Source: Eremomyces bilateralis CBS 781.70 (lineage: Eukaryota). Taken from it: DNA of 64,000 nucleotides. Position numbers and translations under genes: made by a program. Each line of letters opens with the position of its first letter. The first letter of the stretch is position 1. The DNA lies in NCBI GenBank assembly GCA_010015585.1, contig ML975177.1; one strand, 5' to 3'. Below, piece after piece: positions 35,907 to 46,757 of the stretch. The notes under the pieces are model-generated. The model did not search any database and was not told the DNA's origin. It saw only the letters and a list, made by a program, of their open reading frames with translations.

Positions 35907-37178
35907 CTAGTTCTCCCCTTTGGCCTTGCCCGAGAACACATCATTCATAACTTCCTTCAGCTTACCCTCCGCCTCATCCGTGACCTGATAGTGTATAACG
36001 AGCCGTTCTCCCATGACCCGGAGTCCTTTCGACTCCGCGAGCTTGATGAACTCATCCGTGTCCACGCCTGTACCTTTCAGGCTCAGCCAGACCATATTGG
36101 TCTCGACTGGGAACTCATGCTTTCCCCCTAGGCTCTCCCAATAGTCCCCAAGCTTCTTCGCCCGTACATGCGCAGCCTGGAGCCCCCCCCCCAAGAACGT
36201 CTCCTCGACGGCCACTCGAGCGGGCGCAGCAATTATTCCTGTCTGCCTCATGCCGCCGCCGATGCTCTTCCGGACCCATCTTGCCCTCTTGACAAAGGCT
36301 TCCTGTCCAACGAGGATACTGCCGATCGGCGCACCTAAACCTTTACTGAAGCAGAGACTCACGGTGTCGAAGCACTCGCAGTACCCCTTGAGCTCGCCCG
36401 CACCAGCCACCACCGCTTCCCATAGCCTTGCACCGTCAAGATGCATGATTATGCCATGGCCTCTCACCCATTCACTGATCCGCCGACACTCTTCGAGTGG
36501 TAGGATAGTTCCGTTGAGGGTATTTTCGAGGCACACCATCTTAGTTGGGCATGCATGTACATCGTCACTGAGCACAACATGCTCTTTGACGTCTTCCAGC
36601 GTCAAATGTCTTCCATTACTCGGCTTCACCGTCGTAACCATTGCTCCACTCAAGCTCGCCGCGCCGCCGGCTTCATACCGGATGATGTGCGAGCGATCAT
36701 CGACGATGATGGAATGCGGCGGAGCCTGTAAATGGGTCCGTATCGCAACCTGATTCCCCATGGTACCTGAAAGCACTAGGACTGCGGCCGGCTTACCCGC
36801 AAGGGACGCGACAAAGGATTCTAGGGAAGAAGTAGTTGGGTCTTCTTGGAAGACATCGTCGAAGAGGGAGCAGTTGCCGATAGCTGTGAGCATGGATGGT
36901 GTGGGCGTGGTGACAACGTCGGAACGCAGGTCTATAGCACTCGGACCGGGTGATGACCAGGCATTGTGGGATGCGGAGGTAGAGGGATTCTCCACGGGTG
37001 TTTCTGGAGCGGTCGATACGTTTGATTTGCTGTAAATGGACATCGTGCGGGTGTGATTGGATGCCCTTCGGGCGCTCGTGGGGCAATATGGTTGATTGAA
37101 CCGAGTGATTTTGCTGGAAACTTGGACAGACTGGGTCTCACGAAATGTTCTTTGGAACACAAGTCGAGGAGAAAACAT
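35907..37178 (-). CDS. GLY1: Low-specificity L-threonine aldolase (second in-frame ATG at 37043)
   Basis: DLRSDVVTTPT, SGTMGNQ, LENT, HLDGARLW, CFSKGLGAPIGS (PLP lysine) and GGGMRQ. Confidence 0.95.
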   Translation of the reverse strand: MFSPRLVFQRTFRETQSVQVSSKITRFNQPYCPTSARRASNHTRTMSIYSKSNVSTAPETPVENPSTSASHNAWSSPGPSAIDLRSDVVTTPTPSMLTAIGNCSLFDDVFQEDPTTSSLESFVASLAGKPAAVLVLSGTMGNQVAIRTHLQAPPHSIIVDDRSHIIRYEAGGAASLSGAMVTTVKPSNGRHLTLEDVKEHVVLSDDVHACPTKMVCLENTLNGTILPLEECRRISEWVRGHGIIMHLDGARLWEAVVAGAGELKGYCECFDTVSLCFSKGLGAPIGSILVGQEAFVKRARWVRKSIGGGMRQTGIIAAPARVAVEETFLGGGLQAAHVRAKKLGDYWESLGGKHEFPVETNMVWLSLKGTGVDTDEFIKLAESKGLRVMGERLVIHYQVTDEAEGKLKEVMNDVFSGKAKGEN

Positions 37179-37872
37179 TGATGTTGGTTTCAATGGCAGA
37201 TTTAATCTGACACGACTTGCACGAGACTCCGTTGGAGAAGTTTTATATGTACGTGTGCAGTCTTGGGAAGCTGGTTGGGACAGAACAGGAGTCCAAATTC
37301 ACGGGAACTGTAGACAATAATCAAGCTTTCCCTGATAAGTGCCCCGCATCGGAAGATTGTCTATTCGCCTATTCCCTTTTACGATTAGCGGCCGATGTGT
37401 TCCAAAAGACCAAAACTGTGGATGGCGGAAAGCTTGACTTCGGGCCTCCGCGCTGTTACTGTGTTGGTTAGTTACAAGTTACAACGCGACGCGACAGCAG
37501 CGAGCACCCAGGAGACGACTCTAAGGCTTAAAGTCCCAAACGATTGAGCAACGTCCGAATGGGTGACGAATCTAATAAATATTTACCCCTGGAGACGCAT
37601 CTGTCTATTGTCGTATCGAAATCTTGCGCAACCAGTTACGTGAACCTGGGCTTGTGGAGATAGCGCTAGAATCTCAGGGCCGAGTTTCCCGTCCCGTCCG
37701 CTAATATTAAATCGAACCAACGATTCCTTCTAACTCCCCCCTCGTGGAGTCTCGTTTTTTCGGATTGGATATCGTTACGCCTTCTTTCTCTTTATTGCCC
37801 ACGAATTAACGATTATCATGGCGCAAACGCCAGAGGCCCTTACATTCCGCTGATATCAACCGAAGCAAGCCC

Positions 37873-40188
37873 ATGACACCGAACCAGGCGTCGGCCAGGC
37901 TCGAGGCCGACAGATCGAATGGATTGGCGAACGCGACTACGACCAATCCTCAGGATGCTGTGTCAATAGCGGTACCACCCGAAGAAGATGCATCCTGCAC
38001 ATCGCAGAAAGCGATGTCTGCAGGAAAAGTGAGCACATCAACGGCCTCTGCGGCGCGACCGGTAGAAACAGATGGGCAGCGGGAACCTGCTGCAGAGGCA
38101 GAAAAGACGGAGGAGGGGAAACCGGAGAAGACAAGGAGCAAAGCGCGCATTGTCGTCATCCTAATCGCGTTATCGGTATGTGAATTTGTGATGAGTCCTG
38201 GGAAATGGGTTCGCTACGACGATCTTCAAGATAGTTCTAACTCGTGGTGCAGATGGCTGTTTTCCTTGCAGCGCTCGATATAGTAAGTCCAACCCTCCGT
38301 CCCCTCACTCCGCCTTCAGTGGTGGTCGAAACCGTTGGCCTATGATGGCCCATTCTGTCGACATTCATCTCTTGCCTGCGACACAAGAAAAAATACGAAG
38401 CAAGGAGTAAACACCTTGGGACGTTTCAAGGCCCAGAGATCAAACTCAAGGCCATCGATGTCGACCACCACGGAGGCCCCTCTTGATATTCATTGGGTAT
38501 TGACATCTTCGGCAGACCATAATCACGACCGCCCTCCCGACAATATCATCGCATTTCGGATCCGCAGCCGGTTATACATGGATAGGTTCGGCGTATATGC
38601 TGGCCGCTGCCGCTTCGGTCCCAGTATGGGGCAAGTTCTCCGATATCTGGGGTCGTAAAATCATATTGCTACTCGCAAACCTTCTCTTCTTTATCGGATC
38701 ACTCATTGCGGCGCTTTCCGTGAGTATTGGTATGCTGATCACTGCCCGTGGCATTCAAGGGGTGGGCGGAGGAGGCCTTCTCGTTTTGGTCAATATCGTC
38801 ATCTCGGACCTATTCTCCCTTAGGTACGTCGGTGGCTGCCCAAAGCTAAACTTTTACCTACAATTGGCCAGAGGTCGGGATATGGAACTGACATTTATGA
38901 TCTGTGCAGGTCTCGCGGCGCTTATTATGGCATCATTGGCGGCGTTTGGGCAATTGCATCAACGCTAGGCCCCATCTTGGGTGGTGTTTTCACGGAGAAA
39001 GTGAGCTGGCGGTGGTGCTTCTACATTAATTTACCACTTGATGGCGCTGCATTCCTGCTGCTGCTCATTTTCCTGGACGTCCACAACCCGCGAACCCCGC
39101 TCTGGGCGGGTTTAAAGGCCATCGATTGGATTGGCTGCGCTGGGGTCGTAGGCGGCGCCCTCATGCTCCTCCTTGGACTCGAGTTCGGCGGAGTTATATT
39201 CCCATGGAACAGTGCCAAGGTCATCTGCCTGATCGTCTTTGGCGTCTTCACACTAGCACTCTTCCTAGTGAACGAGTGGAAGTTCGCAACCTGGCCGATT
39301 GTCCCACTGAAGCTTTTCCGTCATCGGTCGAATTGCGCCGCAATGATGGTCTGCTTCATCCACGGATTCGTCTTCGTCTCATCCTCGTACTTCCTCCCCC
39401 TTTACCTGCAGGCGGCTCGGGGATCCTCCCCCATCATGTCAGGCGTCTATCTTCTACCCATGGTCCTCACAATATCCATTGGTAGTATGTTCTCCGGCGT
39501 CTTTATCAGGAAGACGGGCCTCTACCAGCCTCCTATTTGGATCGGTCTCGCATTTATGACGCTCGGCTTTGGACTGTTTACCGACATCGACGCCCACTCG
39601 AGCTGGGCTAAGATCATAGTTTATCAGTTAGTTGCTGGATTTGGCGTTGGACCGAACTTCCAGGCACCTCTCATTGCAATCCAATCCCTCGTCGAGCCGC
39701 GAAATATCGCTTCAGCCACTGCGACGTTCCAATTTGTTCGGAATCTGGCTACATCGATGTCTATTGTTGTTGGAGGCGTTCTTTATCAGAATGTCATGAA
39801 CCAGTACGAAGGCAAACTTGTCTCCGCTGTCGGGCCGGAGAACGCAGTACGACTTGGTGGCGCAAACGCGGGAGCCAATATCGGAGTTGTATACTCTCTT
39901 CATCCCAACCAGCGCGTTGCCGCGCAGGAAATCATCGCCGACAGCATCTCGAAGCTTTGGATCATGTATGCGACTTTTTCTGGAGTCGGCTTGTTAGTTA
40001 GCTTATTGATCACTAAGCAAACTCTGGGAAAGGACCATCAAGAGATCAAGACAGGGCTGCAGAAGGATCAAGCTTCTGTTCATGAGCAGCCTGCTCAGGC
40101 CATCGATCCACAAAGCGCCCAGGGCGTGGCGAGATCGGGTGGAGAGACGGAGACGAGGCCTGAAGCAGACAAGGAGGTCAAAGTGTAA
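37873..40188 (+). CDS. MFS drug:H+ antiporter (DHA2/14-TMS type)
   Basis: Spliced FLAALDI-TIITTALP, WIGSAY, GKFSDIWGRK, RGIQGVGGGG, WRWCFYINLP, IDWIG and FFLPLYLQ-like motifs; 3 introns. Confidence 0.93.
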
Positions 40189-40667
40189 TTGTATAACTTA
40201 GATCCATTGCTGTAGTATAGCGCAGTTATAAATATTCCCTATTCCAACTCCAGTGGAATGATAGTGCTAAAAATTCTTAAGTAGACAAAGCCTACAGTAC
40301 GGGGGCCCTGAAACGCTGTGACTGGGGCACCAGTTTCTGCTCTCCATGGCATCAGATGAAAAGCCGCACTGGTGCCTTGCTGCATGGATCTACGATTCAG
40401 AGTTTGTCCACTCTCAAGTCATCCTGACCGCCGATTAAGGTAATTATTGCGTTTTAATGTCTGAGTCTACTTTTGCACGTCACAATACGCTTTTGATCTA
40501 TTGTGGTGGCTTGATGTCGGCTTAGCGACAGAGGGCTTATGTGTTTCATACTTTCATTTGTGCTCCAGACAATAAACAGCTGTCGTGCATCATACTCATC
40601 ACACATGAACATCGTCTCATGCAATGAATCGTTCTTCAAGGAAACCATCAACTTACGCCTAGATTTC

Positions 40668-41510
40668 TTAACGTGTAGCTCGGACCTTCCCAGCGAGGAA
40701 GGAAACTCCACGGGTCACACTGCCGTCAGTAGTGTACAAGAGATGGCCAGCTGTAACCACCAGACCTATGCCGCAGACACCATCGTCAAGCCGGCAGATG
40801 ATGAGGACATCATTCCTCGGATAGTTCTGACAAAGGGTTAGCAAGAGCACGGAATCAGTCCCACGAAAAGGTGGTAGTACTCACATCGATCGCTCCGCCC
40901 TCTTCAAAATTGCGGGTGTCGCCATACAGAACTCCGCCAACTGTCTTCGCCTTGATGGCGCTGGAGAGACGGGACACCGCACCGTGCATGACAGCGGCAC
41001 CTTGACTGTTGAACATGTCAACGTCAGCTATTCGTACTTACAGACGAGCCTGTCGGCGAATATGGTTTAGACATACCTGTAGCCTCCAAAGACAAGGGTT
41101 GCGTCAGGGCATCGTCTGCTTGCAGTTTCGAACAAGCTCACGGCGTTGTTGATCGCGGCCGACGAGGTGCCCGCCGGTAGAAGGTTGTCCCCGACACTCG
41201 CCCTGTACTGGGGGCCAACGCCTTGACACCCAACGCTCCCCAGACCAAGGGTGATTTTCAGGCCCGAGCATGTGACAGGGCCAACTGTGAGGCCCATATT
41301 CCCGGGCTCGGTGGACCCTCGAGCGAAGATGAAGAAGACGTCTCGACAGGCGCCACTGACTACGTCGTTGGAAGACGAACCTTGACGCTTCTCCTTCATG
41401 GTTGGCATATGCTCCGCGAAGCTCGCTTCCAAGGCGACGAGCTCTGGCGATTGAACCGGAGTTGCGGAAGACAATGCAGCGACCGCTGCAACAATGGTAA
41501 GGAGCCTCAT
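40668..41510 (-). CDS. Secreted cutinase (CE5)
   Basis: Signal peptide, FARGSTEPGNMG, GYSQG split by an intron, LYGD, C...DDGVC and GHLLY. The Ser-Asp-His triad is present. Confidence 0.95.
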
Positions 41511-43182
41511 GTTGATCTCTTGTCTTAGGGAGTTCTTGTAAAGGATTGATTCACTAGCCAGTAGAGACTCGAGTTCTTATAACCAAAGTCCTTTCAGCAC
41601 GATGGAACTCCCACTCTTTATACTGAGCTTAGAACTCTTGGTCGGTCAGTCCTAGCTATTGGCCGTCGAGTTGACCTCGATTCCATAGACAACATCGTCC
41701 CCAAGCCCCCAAGTCACGGAGCCACACAAGATCTGCTAAGCGCGGAACCATTGATATTTACAGGCATCCTGTCCAGGGTACAAGAAGTTCGGCCGCCGGT
41801 CATTTCGGAACGCTCGATTTTATATTAAATTTATATTACACGGCGACGAACTGGCCATGCTTCGGGGGTGCCTTTAAAATATATGCAGAACTGGGTGTAG
41901 GACCAACATGAACTGCTACCTGCCTTTCGCGCTCTTCCCCCGCATTAGAACTTTTCCATTGTGTTGGGATTGGTTTTGCTAACCGGATACAGATTGGAAT
42001 ATCTTGGCCATTGTCAAGTCCCTCGGACTTCGGTGTCGACTGGGAGCGCTTGAGGACGGATATGTTTCCTTGCTGGTGATGAAGCTGGGGCCTGCAAGCA
42101 ACACGTACATGCGTCATCCACACCTCGTCCACACTTCGTTCCCGTCGTACAAAAGACGGTAGCGCCACCCGATCGAGAAACTCCGGACCACTGATCCGAT
42201 ACCTGTATGATGTGCATATCACTAAGGCAAGGATACCTGCTTCGGTCTCATGATACATCGCATAAATGGCGTTCGGCGCTCTGGGCGGTGATACTCAGGA
42301 CGACTGGTAAATAGGACTTTCGTAGGCTAGGGCGTTATAGTTCCCTTTCGATAATAGACTCTTGCCTTATAGGTTACTAGCTGCCCTTCATAGAACCAGA
42401 CCGGAGAGATGTACCCTGGAGAGATTTTGTAGGCGGGGTATACCGTATAAACCTCTGCCCGTCATGCTGCCCGACTCTCCCTACATTAAAAGTCTCCTAA
42501 TATTCTTTAGGTGGAATCCAACTAGTGGGGTTTTCCATCCGAGTTACCTCCACGTGGTTCAGAACACCCAGAAGTCGGATAACGGTGAGATACTAGTGAA
42601 GCCAACCCACCCTTTGGGCCAACAGCTGTGCCTCTGATATAATTGAGTGTGGGAAAGGATTGTCTGACGTCGAATACACAAATTGGACTGATGCTACTGC
42701 AGTTGATGAACATTTCGGCCCCCCAGATGACCGAGAAGCCTTGTCTGAATCTTTGTAGAATGAGGGGCATAGCAGAAGCGTGGCGTCAAATCGAAGGATC
42801 ACAATGTCTCGCGACACGTTCTTGAATGACCGGTAGATTATCAACCTCTGCGTCACCGGGCAGCGGCATGGCCTCGACGGCCGCTTGATTCTACTGTGCA
42901 AAGATCGATGCTTTTTTGTTGGAATGACTTAACATCTATAAAATCTATACCTGGGACATCTGAAATTTCGCTATCTACCATTACAAGTGTTCTTTCTATG
43001 TACGAGCCATCGCAGGACCATCCAAATATACATCTCCGCCGTATTACAAACGATCACGAGATTACGCCAAGTGTGGCAGTGTGGATTTCTGGGTTTCGAT
43101 AATCCACTGCTGTTCAGTGTGCTTGGGATCAGGGTAAAGGCTGTCCAAAATCGGTAACGCCCTCGGAACGATGAACCGAAGT

Positions 43183-45598
43183 TCAAAGCTTTGCCAAGCC
43201 ATTCTGTATCTTCATCCATGCTGCTCCATCTAATACTCGATACGTATCTCCGTCCAGCCAGTATCGCGAACTGGCTTGGCTCGGCTCGGCTGGGTCCCAC
43301 TGTTCCTTTTTCCATATCTGCTTGTCATGCTTGAAGGACGCCCCAACATCAAGTCTAACAACCACCATGATTAGTCTCGCCATAGTTCAGTCAGATATAG
43401 TCAACGTACCGATCAACCATAGCTAGAAGCCGAGGCACTGCATACTGAGGGACTCCACGATGCTTGAAAACACCTGGGAGCTTGCCGACAAATGCGACTT
43501 CTGCGTCTTTCGACAACTGCGTCAACGCCACTGCAGCCGTGCCCATCTGCCCGTCATAGCCATCCATCTTCCTACCCACGACAATCGCCTCCAAGACTTC
43601 GGGCATATCCGATATGTACCCCGCAATCTCCCCAGCGCTGACGTTCTCCCCCTTCCACCGGAAGGTGTCCCCAACACGGTCGTAAAACCGTATCCATCCC
43701 CATCGATCTTGGATGACAAGGTCTCCGGATCTTTGAAACATATCTCCGTCGGCAAAAACATTCCGTAATATCTTCGCATCGGTTGCGTCCTGGTTGTGTA
43801 GATAGTCGGTATATGTCGCTAGGCTCCTGATCCGTCCAATCGCTTCTCCAGGTTCATTTGGAGACGCCGGAACGCAAAATCCGGTCCGCCGATCCCTGTA
43901 AGGCTGCTGAGAAGCTTCATCGAATTTGATAATGAAGCAATCGTCCTCCAGCCACCTCCGCACCAAGCCTTTGTAGCCTACATATCCTGCGCCGAATTTA
44001 TTATGTAAATGCCGATTGTCGTACTTCGCCAGGCCCTCGGTTGATCGGTAGAATTCACGGATTTCCGGGATCCCAAACCGCTTCTTGAAATTCATCCAGA
44101 CGTCCTTCTGCAGCCCATTTCCCATCGCCACAATGCAGCCATGTCCCCGATCATGCGGGGAGGGGGGCTGGGCTAACAGGTAACGGCACAACTCTCCAAC
44201 ATACAGCATCCTTGTTGCTCGGCTCCGCCGGATCTCCTCAAAGTGTCGTGTTGCTGAGAATTTCCGTCCAAGACACAGAGCCCCCGAGGTCCCCACGCTA
44301 TAACAGAGACCTGTAAATAACGATGTGCCGTGAAAGAGGGGCATGGAGGTATATGTCCGAACGGGAAAGTAATATTTCGGCTTGTCGGTATCAGGAGTCG
44401 TCGGAGTCGAGACAATACACATATGCATGTTCTTGACACTGCAGGCTTTGGGCATTCCAGTTGTCCCTGAGGTATATACCAGTGCTGCTATATCGATGGG
44501 CCGCCTCTTAGCCTTAGCTACTTCGCGGCCATGGTGCGGGTCTGATGGGGTGATCGATATGACTTGCCCATCTGGCTTTTCAGATCGAGGAAAACTGCCA
44601 AAATCGACGACCACGAGCCCTTGACCGGGGCATTCAGAAGCTGCGGTTGCTGGAAGAGTAAGAGCGGACTGCACTGTATCGGGGCTGCAGATGATGTACT
44701 TTGAGCCAGCGAGGTTTGTACAATATTGGAGGGGGTCCCCTATCACGCCAAATTGTCAGCTCCTCATCTTCCTTCATGCTGACTGCTGCTTCACAATGAC
44801 GGCGTGTGCATTCATCGCAAAGGCGCCGTAACTGCTCAAGCATGATTTAGGGCAAATGTCTCGAAGCTTCAAGGAAGAACGCTTTCACAGCCGAGGGCCT
44901 TCGAATGACAATCAACACCCTGTGTTCCCATGACAGTTGAGTACATCCTTCATGAAGCCTAAGTTCCTCGAAACAGCTAAAGATATAGATCACTAGAAAA
45001 CACCTGGATGTTGGAGAAGTACTCCAAGACTGCGAATCATGGCAGATATCTTCACCGTTGCATAATGGAACTCGGATACAGGATAGGGTTCCTAACACCT
45101 TTAAACATTATCAAAAGAAAGGGAACACATACCTTTCAAGTTCGAGTTGATCAATGCGGGAGCCGCCCCCAACTTTGCCAATGCATAAATGACGAACACC
45201 ATCTCAGGCGAATTGGTCATGTACACGGCCACCAGATTCCCATCATCGACGCCCAAATCGCTCAACGACGCCGCAATCCGATCGACATCTGCTCTGCGTC
45301 AGCCCATTGTATATTATGCCCATCCAATAGTGTCCGACCGACCATCCTTCATCGCCCGATAACTCCAGCTCTTCCCTTCGAACCATAATGCATCCGCATC
45401 CTCGTCCGCCAATCCCAGCATGCCATAGAGCGTGACATAGTCCCCCAACTGCTCCACCCGAGATTGTAGTCGTTGGCCGAAGAGGCGCTCGTCGCGATAT
45501 TGAAGGAGGTCGTAGTGGATCCCCAGCGTGGAATCCACGAGGGCCGCGCCTGTCGCTGCGGCGGCTGCGGAAAGAAGGTGACGGTTAGCGTTGCGCAT
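43183..45598 (-). CDS. FATP/very-long-chain acyl-CoA synthetase-like (Fat1/CefD1-like) with a C-terminal PTS1 (AKL); start uncertain
   Basis: YTSGTTGMPK, YVGELCRYL, EFYRSTEG, RSGDL and DRVGDTFRWKGENVS; the last exon ends ...NGLAKL*. Confidence 0.9.
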
Positions 45599-46357
45599 CT
45601 TGGCTTCGCGGGATGAGGTCCGAGGATGCTCACTGCGGTTCAAAAATCATCGGCGCGGGAATGGGCTTTATGGATGGATGGCCGAACGCAAAGCCACCCG
45701 AAGGTTAAAATGCCGTTCTGTACAGCCGTCGCTAATTGCCGATTTGCAGCCTCGCGGGGCAGGGCCCGCCATGGGGTGTGGAATACGGCATGGATTGTTG
45801 TCGCGTAAATGGGAGTTGATTGCACTTTCGCGCTTGGGTCCGCGCATGATACATATTGCGGGTTTGATGGAGCCTGGGTTAAAGTAGTGTACTCCATACT
45901 GGAAAAAGTGGAAATGAATGGATCTGGGGAAGACCTTGCCGATGAACGAAGTTCCCCGGACGTGAGAAACGGCATCTTTGAACTCGCGCTAATTTACTGA
46001 CCCTCATCAATGATCAGGGCCTCCTTTTATCCTTTATCTCACTTCAGCCTGGCGAGAGGCGGGCCGATGAGTGGTGACGGCTATGAATTATCAAACCATT
46101 GATATTGATCGGTCCGACCTTCGTTCGTCAAGTGTGAAATCTGAGTGCCCGTAGTTAGAGCTTCCGCACCACAGGCGACTTGGGAGGTTGGATGCGCTGG
46201 ATCGCCTGGATGGGCTGGGTGCGCTGGAAAATGGGCGGATCTATCACGAACACGACGGCAGGAGTGCACAAGCCGGATTTTTAATACCTCGTGGATTGAT
46301 GATGCTACCTATGAGCTGAGGATTTTGTTGGCGCTGGGGGAAATTGGGGGTCGTCGT

Positions 46358-46479
46358 TCTCTGTCGTCTGCCATGAATGGCCGAGTCAGCAAATGCCGCT
46401 CGCCATGGTAGTCCTTCTCTCTGTCGTCTGCCATAAATGGCCGAGATAGCAACTGCTGATCGCCATGGTTGCCCTTCTC
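46358..46479. repeat. 60-bp direct tandem duplication (2 copies) downstream of Argonaute
   Basis: tctctgtcgtctgccatgaatggccgagtcagcaaatgccgctcgccatggt versus tctctgtcgtctgccataaatggccgagatagcaactgctgatcgccatggt. Confidence 0.85.
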
Positions 46480-46757
46480 GATCCTCCACCACCATCGACC
46501 TCTCCGAGTGTGGCTTTTTTTGGTGTTTTGATTTCTCTGAGGGCCCGTTCCCTGAACCCAAGCACTGATGAACTATGCCATTTTTGAATTGCGGCACGGG
46601 TGAGACGTGTCGGACACATCCTAGAAACCCTGATCGCGGAAAGGAAAGAAAAGAAACGGAAACGGAAACGAGAAGTAGGGAATTCGAACTATGCATCGTT
46701 GGATGGACCTGGCGGCTCGATGCACACCTGTCGTCCATGAAGTCTTGAGATCAAGAC

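Noticed and set aside
26791..45598. Classical secondary-metabolite gene cluster
   Set aside because: No PKS, NRPS or terpene synthase backbone gene in the window, and the housekeeping gene GLY1 is interspersed.
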